A stretch of DNA of 64,000 nucleotides from Clostridia bacterium. Its GTDB lineage: Bacteria; Bacillota; Clostridia; Oscillospirales; CAG-272. Position 1 is the stretch's first letter; every line of letters starts with the position of its first letter. A program made the translations under genes and the position numbers. Shown here piece by piece: positions 35,092 through 43,775 of the stretch. A model generated the notes under the pieces. That model searched no databases. It had not been told where the DNA came from and saw only the letters and a list, made by a program, of their open reading frames with translations. The stretch is from positions 50,535 to 114,534 of the forward strand of contig CAAGDE010000026.1 in assembly GCA_900768535.1 (NCBI GenBank). Direction: 5' to 3'.

Positions 35092-35120
35092 TTGAAAAAT
35101 TTATAAAAAAGTGGTATAAT
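35092..35120 (+). promoter_or_regulatory. Promoter of the NERD gene
   Basis: TTGAAA-17-TATAAT with an extended -10 TGg. Confidence 0.55.
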
Positions 35121-35150
35121 TAGAATATTAAATGCTTAAGGAGGTATCCC

Positions 35151-36014
35151 GTGGGAATACGAGCATTTTTTCATAAAATCAAAATGGGCTTTGTAAGAGC
35201 CGGGGAGTCCTCCATTCCGTATGTCAATGAGGTGAAGCGTTACGGTAATTCCGGGGAGGATGAATTTACATATAGGCTCTGTAGAGAGCTTCCTTCGTGT
35301 AAAATCAAAAGAAATGTAGCCATTTTAACACCGGACGGCAATGCCGAAATTGACTGCCTGGTTCTCCATCATAATAAACTGTTTGCCATAGAGGTTAAGC
35401 GTTGGAAAGGATATCTGATCGAGCGAGACGATGGCTTTTTACAAGAAAAAACGGATAGGTGGACGGGAGAGACACATACAAAGCTTCTGAAATCACCATT
35501 CAAACAGCTCGGTAGAGCTATATACCTTTTGCGAAAGCAAATCCCCATTAAGGCGTGGGTGAATGCCGTTGTATTCTTTGAGGATGACGAATTGGAATCG
35601 GTTTCTGCTTTTTCGGATAATGTATGGTTTGACCGCTATCAAGATCTTGTGGATTATATCAGCAATGACGGCAAGGTTTCTTTCGGCACAAGCGCAAATG
35701 ACTTCTTTGAAAGATGCGTACCCGCTGACTACCTATACGTCAATGCTTGGGGAAAGTCCTTGCATTGTATTATCAACCGCACCACGTTGAGGTTTAAAAC
35801 TCCCCAAGTTGATATTTCTGCTGACAATATTGACTCCATTCGTATCTCCCACCATTGGTCTTATGACGAATTGCATATTACTATGGCGGATGGCTCAATA
35901 AAAACAATAACGCTTGAAAACGCAAAAATCCAAGTTAGCGACAACGGTCGCATCAGCACCTATGCTCTATGCAAATTGGATTATATTGAGCTGGGCAGAA
36001 CGCTAAATCGGTAG
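35151..36014 (+). CDS. NERD (nuclease-related domain) protein with an uncharacterised C-terminal half
   Basis: GTG start 7 nt after AAGGAGG. NERD-like core GEDEF...AEIDCLVLHHNKLFAIEVKRWKG. Visibly AT-rich relative to its flanks. Confidence 0.7.
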   Translation: MGIRAFFHKIKMGFVRAGESSIPYVNEVKRYGNSGEDEFTYRLCRELPSCKIKRNVAILTPDGNAEIDCLVLHHNKLFAIEVKRWKGYLIERDDGFLQEKTDRWTGETHTKLLKSPFKQLGRAIYLLRKQIPIKAWVNAVVFFEDDELESVSAFSDNVWFDRYQDLVDYISNDGKVSFGTSANDFFERCVPADYLYVNAWGKSLHCIINRTTLRFKTPQVDISADNIDSIRISHHWSYDELHITMADGSIKTITLENAKIQVSDNGRISTYALCKLDYIELGRTLNR

Positions 36015-36102
36015 CGATGAATATGAATACAATTTGCGTCTTCATCGAAAAAATAGCCCGAACCACACAAACGAAGAAAATTTCTAAAAATCTTCCAGAA
36101 CA

Positions 36103-36147
36103 AAAGTCCCGCCCCCCCCTTATGTATCAAGGGGTTTTTGGGACTTT
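36103..36147 (+). terminator. Compound hairpin after the NERD gene
   Basis: AAAGTCCC...GGGACTTT outer stem enclosing CCCC...GGGG, followed by CTGTTT. Confidence 0.45.
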
Positions 36148-36224
36148 CTGTTTGACGAAAAATTGCGAGAAACAAGGGAGAAATTAAGCAAAAAAACGAT
36201 CAAATGCGGAACCCGGCAAAAAAG

Positions 36225-36262
36225 AAAAAAGCCTCGAAAACGTAGTGTTTTCAAGGCTTTTT
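36225..36262 (-). terminator. Terminator of tRNA-Ser (bidirectional hairpin)
   Basis: 11-bp stem GCCTCGAAAAC/GTTTTCAAGGC flanked by A6 and T5 runs, directly 3' of the tRNA. Confidence 0.75.
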
Positions 36263-36263
36263 A

Positions 36264-36352
36264 TGGCGGAGAGGAAGGGATTCGAACCCTTGTGGGGTTG
36301 CCCCCAAACGGTTTTCAAGACCGCCTCGTTATGACCGCTTCGATACCTCTCC
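36264..36352 (-). tRNA. tRNA-Ser (anticodon UGA), CCA encoded
   Basis: Acceptor GGAGAGG/CCTCTCC, anticodon loop CTTGAAA, long variable arm TGGGGGCAACCCCACA and T-arm GGGTTCGAATCCC. Confidence 0.92.
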
Positions 36353-36503
36353 GTATATGAAACTGTCTTTCGACAAAAATCATCAGATATTCAATTGTTT
36401 TAGAAATTCTTTTAGAAATGCGCTTTTGTGCTGCTGTCAGAGTGCCGAAAAAGTCAGGTGTTGCAAGGCTTTTCAAGGTTTTTGCGACCGTTGTGCTCGC
36501 AAA

Positions 36504-36544
36504 TTTTCAAGACCGCCTCGTTATGACCGCTTCGATATCCCTCC
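36504..36544 (-). pseudogene. Truncated tRNA-Ser copy (5' half up to the anticodon loop only)
   Basis: 34 nt identical to 36312-36345 and then near-identical to the tRNA 5' end. No T-arm follows. Confidence 0.7.
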
Positions 36545-36635
36545 GTATAAACGGAACTATGAAACTGTAATCTGAAAAAGCATCAAAAGAAAATGCCGGA
36601 TGCCCGGAATTCAGGTCCTTTGCAAAACCATGTTT

Positions 36636-36664
36636 ATTTTAGCATATTTTCTCTGATTTGTCAA
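36636..36664 (-). promoter_or_regulatory. Promoter of the tRNA-Ser transcription unit
   Basis: Minus strand TTGACA-17-TAAAAT, about 85 nt upstream of the truncated tRNA copy. Confidence 0.55.
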
Positions 36665-36849
36665 GTCTTTTTTCTTTCTTTCCAAACGATTTTTGCAGTG
36701 CGGATTTCCAAAGCTGTTATACAGCAGTATTCAGCGAAGCCGGGTGACCGATGAAGTACGCGAGGTGCGTGGGAGCGAGTGCACCAATCGCGGATTGCGC
36801 CGGATTGCCTGAAACAGAATATCCCAGCCGCGCGGCGGGGACAGGTAAG

Positions 36850-36885
36850 CGGGACCGCCGTTTGTTGGGCGGTCCCGTTCTTTTT
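36850..36885 (+). terminator. Plus-strand-oriented intrinsic terminator abutting the M20 gene stop
   Basis: 10-bp stem CGGGACCGCC/GGCGGTCCCG followed by TTCTTTTT on the plus strand. On the minus strand no U tract follows the hairpin. Confidence 0.6.
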
Positions 36886-36890
36886 GCGGG

Positions 36891-38117
36891 TCATGCATGG
36901 TCTTCCAGCCAGCGCAGGGCTGTATAGGCGTAGACGGCGGTGCCGGGGGCGAGGGCGGCTGGGTCAAAGGTAACCTTGGGATGATGCAGCGGATGGACAT
37001 AGCCCTTTTCGGGTTGACCTGCCGCCAGTGCCAGCATAACGGACGGGACTGCCTGACTGACATAGGCAAAGTCCTCGGAGCCTGCCGAACCGGAGGCTCC
37101 GCCGCCACCGCTCTCCCGATTCAGCTGTGCCACGGTATGGATTCCGCCCTCGCCCAACAGCTCCCGTCCGTACCGATAGGCATCGGCTGACAGTGCTCCG
37201 TCATTTTTCAGGGTCGGACAGCCGCTGCCGAAGGTGACCTCCGCCACCGCACGGAATGCGGTTGCAATCCCTGCGGCAATGTCCGTCATGCGTTGTTTGA
37301 CCGTTGCGCGGACGTCCTCGTCAAAGGTGCGGAGGCTCCCCTTCATGACCGCTTCATCGGGGATGGCGTTTGCCGCCGTGCCTGCCTGCATGGTGCCGAC
37401 CGTCAGGACGGCGCGGTCATTCATTGCCAGCTCCCGTGCCGGAATTTCCTGCAGGGCGATGAGAATCTGCGCCGCCGCGGTCAGTGGATCGACGCCCATA
37501 TTCGGCATGGAGCCGTGACAGCCTTTTCCCCTGACGCGGATCTCGAAATAATCCGCCGCCGGGGCGCTGACGCCGGGGTCGGATACGATGACGGTACCCG
37601 GTTCAAACGGCATTCCCGCCATGACATGGATCATCAGCGCGGCATCCACCGGCGGATCCTCCAGCACGCCGGCACGGATCATATCGGCGGAGCCTTCAAA
37701 AATCTCTTCCGCCGGCTGAAACATCAGCTTGACGGTTCCGGCGATCTCTTCCTCGTGTGCCTTCAGCAGTTTTGCCGCGCCGAGGAGCATCGCCGTGTGC
37801 AGATCATGTCCGCAGGCGTGCATACAGCCGTTCTCCGACGCAAAAGCAATGCCGGACTGCTCGCGGATCGGCAATGCGTCCATGTCCGCGCGGAGCAGAA
37901 AGACCCGTCCGGGCTTCTTCCCTTCCGCAAGCACGACCAACCCCGCCCTGCCGCAGGGCTTTGGCGCATAGCCCATTTTCTCCAGTTCGGACTTCACATA
38001 AGCCAGCGTTTCCGTCAAGGCAAAGCCGGTCTCCGCGTGGGCGTGCAGGTATTCCCGCCATGCGTTGATGTCCTGCTTCATGTCCGCCGCTTCCCGCATC
38101 AGTTCTTCCGCTTTCAT
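36891..38117 (-). CDS. M20/M25/M40-family amidohydrolase (N-acyl-amino-acid amidohydrolase-like)
   Basis: Metal-binding contexts MHACGHDLH and LMFQPAEE. 408 aa. Confidence 0.88.
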   Translation of the reverse strand: MKAEELMREAADMKQDINAWREYLHAHAETGFALTETLAYVKSELEKMGYAPKPCGRAGLVVLAEGKKPGRVFLLRADMDALPIREQSGIAFASENGCMHACGHDLHTAMLLGAAKLLKAHEEEIAGTVKLMFQPAEEIFEGSADMIRAGVLEDPPVDAALMIHVMAGMPFEPGTVIVSDPGVSAPAADYFEIRVRGKGCHGSMPNMGVDPLTAAAQILIALQEIPARELAMNDRAVLTVGTMQAGTAANAIPDEAVMKGSLRTFDEDVRATVKQRMTDIAAGIATAFRAVAEVTFGSGCPTLKNDGALSADAYRYGRELLGEGGIHTVAQLNRESGGGGASGSAGSEDFAYVSQAVPSVMLALAAGQPEKGYVHPLHHPKVTFDPAALAPGTAVYAYTALRWLEDHA

Positions 38118-38133
38118 GCAATCAACTCCTTAA

Positions 38134-38203
38134 AGACCTTGAGACTCCGTCTCAAACTCTGCTTAGAACCTTCTTGCAAGAAGGTTCTAAGAACTCCAAG
38201 AAC
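38134..38203 (-). repeat. Intercistronic element A, copy 2 (directly upstream of the M20 gene RBS)
   Basis: Near-identical to 3281-3350. The long hairpin here is CTTAGAACCTTCTT/AAGAAGGTTCTAAG. Confidence 0.8.
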
Positions 38204-38264
38204 CTTTAACAAGGGGGCTTACTTATATTTTTCTCACAAATCGGGACATTATACGCGGTCAGTC

Positions 38265-40154
38265 TCATGTGTGGTTCTGCAATTGTTCACGGCTGAACTG
38301 GAGCGTGTAGAGCTTGTAATAGGCGCCTCTTTGGTGAAGAAGCTCCTGATGTGTCCCCTGTTCCCGGATTTCGCCGTGGGAAAGCAGAATGATCCGGTCC
38401 GCGTGCTGAATGGTGGAAAGCCGGTGGGCAACGATCAGCATGGTTCCGATGTTGCGCATCTTCTCCAGGGATTTCTGAATCAGCTGTTCGGTTTCGGTAT
38501 CGATGTTGGCGGTCGCCTCGTCCAGGATCATCACCGACGGGCGATGCAGGACGGTCCGCGCAAAGGACAAAAGCTGTCGCTGACCCGCAGAGAAGTTGTT
38601 CCCGCGCTCGCGCACCTCCTCGTCCAGCCCGTGATCCAGCCGGTTGATGAAGGCATCGGCGTTGACATAGCGGCAGGCTTCCATGAGCTCCGCATCGGTG
38701 AAGCGGTCATCCCGCAGGGCAAGATTGGAGCGGATGGTGCCCGAAAAGAGGAACACGCTCTGCAGCATTTGTCCGAACTGCCGGCGCAGGGCGGACAGGC
38801 GGATTTTGCGGACGTCGATGCCGTCAATCAGGATCTCCCCGCGCTGAATGTCGTAATTCCGGCACAAAAGCGACAGGATGGTCGATTTTCCGGCGCCGGT
38901 GGCACCGACAAAGGCAACCGTCTGCCCCGCCTCCACACGGAAGGAAACATCCCGGAGAACCCATTCGTCCGGCAGATAGGAAAACCAGACGTGACGGAAT
39001 TCGATCTCCCCGCGGAGGATGCCGGGGTCGATTGCGTCCGGTGCATCAACGATTTCCGGCTGCAGATCGAACACCCGGAAGATCTTCTCCGCCGAGGCAA
39101 ACGCCGACTGCAGCCAGTTGAACTGCTCCGCCAGGCTTTGAATCGGATTGAAGAACTTGGAGATGTACATATAAAACGTCACAACCGTCCCGGAATCGAT
39201 GATCTGCCCCATAAAGGAGAGCTCCCGGATATATCCCCGCCCGCCGAGGTACAGCAGGCACAGGATGGACGCGGTATAGAGCATATAAACGGTCGGGCGG
39301 AAGATGCTGAACACCAGAATCTGCCGCTGTTTCGCCCCTCCCAGCTTCCGGCTCCGCTCCTCAAACTCCGCCATTTTCGCGTCCTCGCGGTTGAAGATCT
39401 GCGTCAGCTTGATGCCGGAAAGGTTCTCGGAGAGGAAGATATTGATGGATGTGGTTCCGTCCTTCACCCGACGGTAGGCGCGCCGCGAGAATTTGCGGAA
39501 AATGAGCGTGAAAATGACGATGAACGGGACAAAGCAGAGGATCATCAGCGTCAGCGCATAGTTCAGGATCAGCATGGCGCCCAGCACGCCCAGGACGACA
39601 AAGACGTTTTTTGCAAGATTGACGATGATATTGGTGAACATCTGGGAAATCGCCTGCGTGTCGTTGGTCATCCGCGTGACCAGCGTTCCCACGGGAATGC
39701 CGTTCAGCTGTCCGTGCGAGAGTCCCTCAATGTGCAGAAAGAGACTTTCACGCAGGTCGGAAAGGATTCGCTGACCGGTCTTTTGCAGAATCAGCGACTG
39801 GAAATAGGTACTGACCAGCGAAAGAATCAGAACGGACGCGTAGACCGCGACGTAAATCCACAGCCGCGACAGCTCGAACCGCCCCTGAATCAGGCGCTCA
39901 ATCTCCCCCACGAGAAGCGGCGACACGATGTCATAGGCGATGGAGAAAAGCATCAGGAGTCCGACCAGCACGAACTGCAGGCGGTACGGCTTGGCATAGG
40001 CAAGCAGGCGGCGGATGATTTCGGAATCCTTCATCTTCCGGTCAAAACCGATTGCCTCTTTTTTGTTTTTCATCAGCGCGTAGGCAAGGATGAACACCGC
40101 AGCAAATATGCCGACGGTTGCACCGACGATCAGAAGCGGCAGGTACTCATGCAT
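38265..40154 (-). CDS. ABC exporter, fused permease-ATPase subunit (heterodimer partner 2)
   Basis: N-terminal 6-TM domain, Walker A GATGAGKST and signature FSAGQRQ. Confidence 0.9.
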   Translation of the reverse strand: MHEYLPLLIVGATVGIFAAVFILAYALMKNKKEAIGFDRKMKDSEIIRRLLAYAKPYRLQFVLVGLLMLFSIAYDIVSPLLVGEIERLIQGRFELSRLWIYVAVYASVLILSLVSTYFQSLILQKTGQRILSDLRESLFLHIEGLSHGQLNGIPVGTLVTRMTNDTQAISQMFTNIIVNLAKNVFVVLGVLGAMLILNYALTLMILCFVPFIVIFTLIFRKFSRRAYRRVKDGTTSINIFLSENLSGIKLTQIFNREDAKMAEFEERSRKLGGAKQRQILVFSIFRPTVYMLYTASILCLLYLGGRGYIRELSFMGQIIDSGTVVTFYMYISKFFNPIQSLAEQFNWLQSAFASAEKIFRVFDLQPEIVDAPDAIDPGILRGEIEFRHVWFSYLPDEWVLRDVSFRVEAGQTVAFVGATGAGKSTILSLLCRNYDIQRGEILIDGIDVRKIRLSALRRQFGQMLQSVFLFSGTIRSNLALRDDRFTDAELMEACRYVNADAFINRLDHGLDEEVRERGNNFSAGQRQLLSFARTVLHRPSVMILDEATANIDTETEQLIQKSLEKMRNIGTMLIVAHRLSTIQHADRIILLSHGEIREQGTHQELLHQRGAYYKLYTLQFSREQLQNHT

Positions 40155-41934
40155 TGATGTATTCGCCTCCTTCCTCCTCCAGGCGCTGCAGATCGACCGC
40201 CCGCCGGTATGCGGGGCAGGTTTCGTACAGCTCGGTGTGTGTTCCGGTTGCGATCAGGCGACCCTCGTCCAAAAACAGGATCCGGTCCATCTGTTCGATC
40301 GTTGAGATCCGGTGGGCAATGAGAACGGTGGTCTTCCCCTCCCGCGTCCGGCGCAAATTGCCGAGGATCACCCGCTCGGTATCGGTATCCACGGCGGAAA
40401 CCGAATCGTCCAGAATCAGCACCGGCGCGTCCTTCATCAGCGCGCGGGCAATGGAGATCCGCTGGCGCTGTCCGCCGGAAACGGTCACGCCCCATTCGCC
40501 CAGTACGGTGTCGTAGCCGTCCCGGAACTCCCGGATGTTCCCGTCCACGTCCGCCAGCACCGCCGCGGCTTCCACATCGGAGCGCTTCGGCTGATCCACC
40601 CCGAACGCAATGTTGTTCGCAATGGTATCGCTGAACAGGAAATTATCCTGCGGGACATACGCCGCCGATGCGCGGACCTGACGGATGGGAATGCGGTTCA
40701 CGTCATGACCGTCCAGAAAGACCGTTCCGTCCGGGACGTTGTAGGTGCGGAGCAGCAGATCGACCAGGGTCGTTTTCCCGGAGCCGGTCTTGCCGACCAG
40801 TCCCACGCGCTCCCCTGCCCGGATGGTGAGCGTGATGTCATGCAGAACGTCATTCTCTCCGCCGGGGTAGCGGAAGGTCAGGTGAGAGAAGGTGATCTCC
40901 CCGCGCACCGGCTCCGGAATCGGCGCCACGTCCGGCGCGTCCTTCACATCCGGCTCGGTGTCCAGCAGCTTCCCGATCCGCGCCAGTGATGCCTTCCCGC
41001 GGGAATGCATTTCAATCAGCTCGGAGACCGCCATGGCAGGCCAGACCACCGCAGTAAAGTAGCCGATGAACTCCATCAGCTGTCCCGCGTTGAAGGTTCC
41101 CGCCCACACCAGATAGCCGCCGTAGCCGAGGATGACGCAGATGACCGACTCGACAAACAGCGTAACCAGAATGCGGAGCAGAACCGACAGCCGGGTATAA
41201 TCGATGTTGGTCTCCTCGTTTTTCCGGTTCAGCTTGCGGAATGCCATCAGCTCCAGCGATTCCTTGACGAACGCTTTGATGACCGCAATGCCGGAAAAGT
41301 TCTCCTGTACGAAATCCGAAAGATCGGCGTATGCCTGCTGGCGTCTGTCCCACTTTTTCTGAAGGTACTTCCCCAGCACCACGCCGCCCGCCAGCAGAAA
41401 CGCAACGGGAATCAGGGAAAGCAGGGTCAGCATCCGGTTCATGCCCCACATCCGGCTGACGGCAAGTCCGCCCTGGAAGCAGGCGTCAAACATCATCAGC
41501 ACGCCGGAACCGAAGCAGTCCTGCACCGTTTCCAGGTCGCTGGTGTACAGGGACATCAGGTTTCCGACCTTGTTGGTCTGATAGAACGAGCAGGAAAGCC
41601 CGCGGGAGCGGTCAAACATCCGCCCGCGCAGATCGGTTTCCATCCGGATGGCAGAGCCGAAAATGCAGACGCGCCACAGAAACCGCCCGGTCACGACCAC
41701 CGCAATCACAAGGCAGAGCGGCAGACAGATTTTCTCCAGGAGAAAGTCCATATCAAAAGGAACCGTTCCTCCGTTTGATTCGACCGCACCGGTATTCATT
41801 CCGTTGATGACCATCCGGTAAAGCTTCGGAATTTCCAGCTGGAACCAGTCCACCGCCACCAGGGACACCAGTCCCAGAAGCAGCGGCAGTGCGTACCGCA
41901 GATAGTACCGGTTGATATGTTTGCCGAATATCAT
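40147..41934 (-). CDS. ABC exporter, fused permease-ATPase subunit (heterodimer partner 1)
   Basis: 6-TM domain, Walker A GKTGSGKTT and signature VSGGQRQ. 8-nt overlap with the downstream partner. Confidence 0.9.
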   Translation of the reverse strand: MIFGKHINRYYLRYALPLLLGLVSLVAVDWFQLEIPKLYRMVINGMNTGAVESNGGTVPFDMDFLLEKICLPLCLVIAVVVTGRFLWRVCIFGSAIRMETDLRGRMFDRSRGLSCSFYQTNKVGNLMSLYTSDLETVQDCFGSGVLMMFDACFQGGLAVSRMWGMNRMLTLLSLIPVAFLLAGGVVLGKYLQKKWDRRQQAYADLSDFVQENFSGIAVIKAFVKESLELMAFRKLNRKNEETNIDYTRLSVLLRILVTLFVESVICVILGYGGYLVWAGTFNAGQLMEFIGYFTAVVWPAMAVSELIEMHSRGKASLARIGKLLDTEPDVKDAPDVAPIPEPVRGEITFSHLTFRYPGGENDVLHDITLTIRAGERVGLVGKTGSGKTTLVDLLLRTYNVPDGTVFLDGHDVNRIPIRQVRASAAYVPQDNFLFSDTIANNIAFGVDQPKRSDVEAAAVLADVDGNIREFRDGYDTVLGEWGVTVSGGQRQRISIARALMKDAPVLILDDSVSAVDTDTERVILGNLRRTREGKTTVLIAHRISTIEQMDRILFLDEGRLIATGTHTELYETCPAYRRAVDLQRLEEEGGEYINA

Positions 41935-42017
41935 CCCGTCTTTCCCTCCTTTTGACGTGCAAGTCTGTTCATTATATCATATATTTTGCGGTTTGTCAAT
42001 TCTTTTTGCGAGATTAC

Positions 42018-42046
42018 TTGACAAATTCCGCGCTTTGGTGTATAAT
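42018..42046 (+). promoter_or_regulatory. Consensus promoter of rnpB
   Basis: TTGACA-17-TATAAT. The RNA starts about 6 nt downstream. Confidence 0.7.
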
Positions 42047-42051
42047 AATAT

Positions 42052-42401
42052 CAGCTTCGCCGGACGGTCGCGCGGTATGTTGCCGTAAGGTATTACCGTG
42101 AGGAAAGTCCGGGCTTCACAGGACAGGATAGCTGATAACGTCAGCCGCGGGTAACCGCCGGGAAAGTGCAACAGAAAGAAACCGCCGCTTTTGCGGTAAG
42201 GATGGAAAGGCGAGGTAAGAGCTCACCCGTTCCCATGGTAACATGGGTCCGCTGTAAACCCTATCCGAAGCAACACCCCAGGGACGGCTTGTCCGGCATA
42301 TCGTCAGGGGTGGCACGGGAGAATCCTCCCGGAGCGTTCCGGCGACGGAGCGCGGAGATTGATGACCGTTCAAGACAGAACCCGGCTTACAGACGAAGCT
42401 G
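42052..42401 (+). ncRNA. rnpB: RNase P RNA, bacterial type A
   Basis: Universal motifs GAGGAAAGTCCGGGC, AGTGCAACAGAAA and ACAGAACCCGGCTTA. P1 pairing CAGCTTCG/CGAAGCTG. Confidence 0.93.
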
Positions 42402-42424
42402 CCCCCGCCCTGCGGGGGATTTTT
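42402..42424 (+). terminator. rnpB terminator
   Basis: CCCCCGC/GCGGGGG stem followed by ATTTTT. Confidence 0.8.
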
Positions 42425-42443
42425 CATAGAAAGGATGACGGAT

Positions 42444-43130
42444 ATGAAACGTTTGATCTGTCTGCTGTTTCCCCTCCTGCTTGCCGCCGGACTGCTCTTC
42501 GGATGCGCAAAGAAAGAGGTGCTTTACTCATTCACCGACGGGGAGCGGGTCATATCGGTGCTCGGCGGGAGCGGCAGGGCGAATTACCTCTCGGTCACGG
42601 AGAACGGGCGTGACATCTGGCAGACGCGCGTCCGGGCAGACCGGACCGTCGGCTCGCGCGGCGGCACCTACGGGCTCCGTGTGGAGGATGTCAACTTTGA
42701 CGGAAGGAACGATCTCATCATTGCACTCACCGTGACGGATGATATCACCACCGAGCAGGTCTATCTGCAGCAATCGGACGGGAGTTACCGGCTCAACACG
42801 GAGCTGGACGGAAAATGCAATCTCTCCGCGGACGCGCGGCAGGAGCTGATCCTTGCCTTTGACCGCACCGACATCACCGAGCGCGATGCCGGGACCGACC
42901 GCACCTATCACGTCAAAACCGACACCGCCACCGCCTATTCCTGGCAGGGCGCCGCGCTGATTCCCCGCCGCCGTGTCTCGCTGACCTACTACGGCGGGAG
43001 CGGGCTTTACTGCTACTCGGTTGCGGACTATGACGCATCCATCGGTGCCTGGAAGACGCCCGATGACCGCTGGTTCTCCCCTGACGAAGTGGAACAGCAG
43101 AGCTTTGAGGGGCTGTATTACTTCCGATAA
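42444..43130 (+). CDS. Hypothetical lipoprotein
   Basis: Signal peptide with lipobox MKRLICLLFPLLLAAGLLFGC. AAGGA RBS. An alternative ATG is at 42435. Confidence 0.7.
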   Translation: MKRLICLLFPLLLAAGLLFGCAKKEVLYSFTDGERVISVLGGSGRANYLSVTENGRDIWQTRVRADRTVGSRGGTYGLRVEDVNFDGRNDLIIALTVTDDITTEQVYLQQSDGSYRLNTELDGKCNLSADARQELILAFDRTDITERDAGTDRTYHVKTDTATAYSWQGAALIPRRRVSLTYYGGSGLYCYSVADYDASIGAWKTPDDRWFSPDEVEQQSFEGLYYFR

Positions 43131-43167
43131 GCCAAAGCCTCACAGGTTCATATCATGAGGAGTTCTT

Positions 43168-43689
43168 ATGAAAAAGAAAATAATCATTTTCAGCACAGTT
43201 TCAATTGCAATCATCGTCGTTGCTGTACTCGCTTTGACCAACAAATTCACCAAAGGGGTCATTACGGGTAAACTTTATCAGGTAGATAACGTTTACGAGG
43301 AAATCTATAATATGGTCATTTCCGAAAGAAATGGGACGCGAACGGTTCTCACTACCTCCGTTGAAGGATCAGAGGTTGATTATGATTTTGGGTTCTTTTC
43401 AAGCATAAATATTCCTGTAAATGATGCGTATCGGGTTGTCCTATCTTTTAATCATCCAGACGAGGTTGAGATTTGGTTGTTTGAAAATAATCATACAAAT
43501 TATGATTGTGCTTGTTATGTATATAATTATAAAACCAATACGTTATACGGCAATCAGGAAGAAGCCCGCCTGATTGAAATTTTCCTATCGTCGTATTTTT
43601 CGTGGGTAGGAAGCGATGGAAAATTCAACCCTGAAAATTACGGGAATTACACATTTGTATATTCAGAATATCCTTTATCGCATAATTAG
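43168..43689 (+). CDS. Hypothetical membrane-anchored protein, AT-rich orphan
   Basis: GAGGAG RBS and an N-terminal TM helix (IIIFSTVSIAIIVVAVLAL). Composition is strikingly AT-rich compared with both neighbours. Confidence 0.6.
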   Translation: MKKKIIIFSTVSIAIIVVAVLALTNKFTKGVITGKLYQVDNVYEEIYNMVISERNGTRTVLTTSVEGSEVDYDFGFFSSINIPVNDAYRVVLSFNHPDEVEIWLFENNHTNYDCACYVYNYKTNTLYGNQEEARLIEIFLSSYFSWVGSDGKFNPENYGNYTFVYSEYPLSHN

Positions 43690-43730
43690 ACAAGCATAAA
43701 AGTTGGTGGCTCCCAACAGAGATGCTCATA

Positions 43731-43775
43731 AAAGCCCGCGCTTCCGAATGTTTCGAAAGCGCGGGCTTTTTCAAA
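43731..43775. terminator. Bidirectional terminator between the orphan gene and kdgK
   Basis: 13-bp stem AAAGCCCGCGCTT/AAGCGCGGGCTTT flanked by A and T runs. Confidence 0.8.

Noticed and set aside
37293-40157. 954-aa plus-strand ORF spanning the M20 gene, repeat A copy 2 and an ABC exporter gene.
   Set aside because: It crosses an intergenic repeat and two real minus-strand genes, so it is an artefact of stop-codon paucity in GC-rich sequence.
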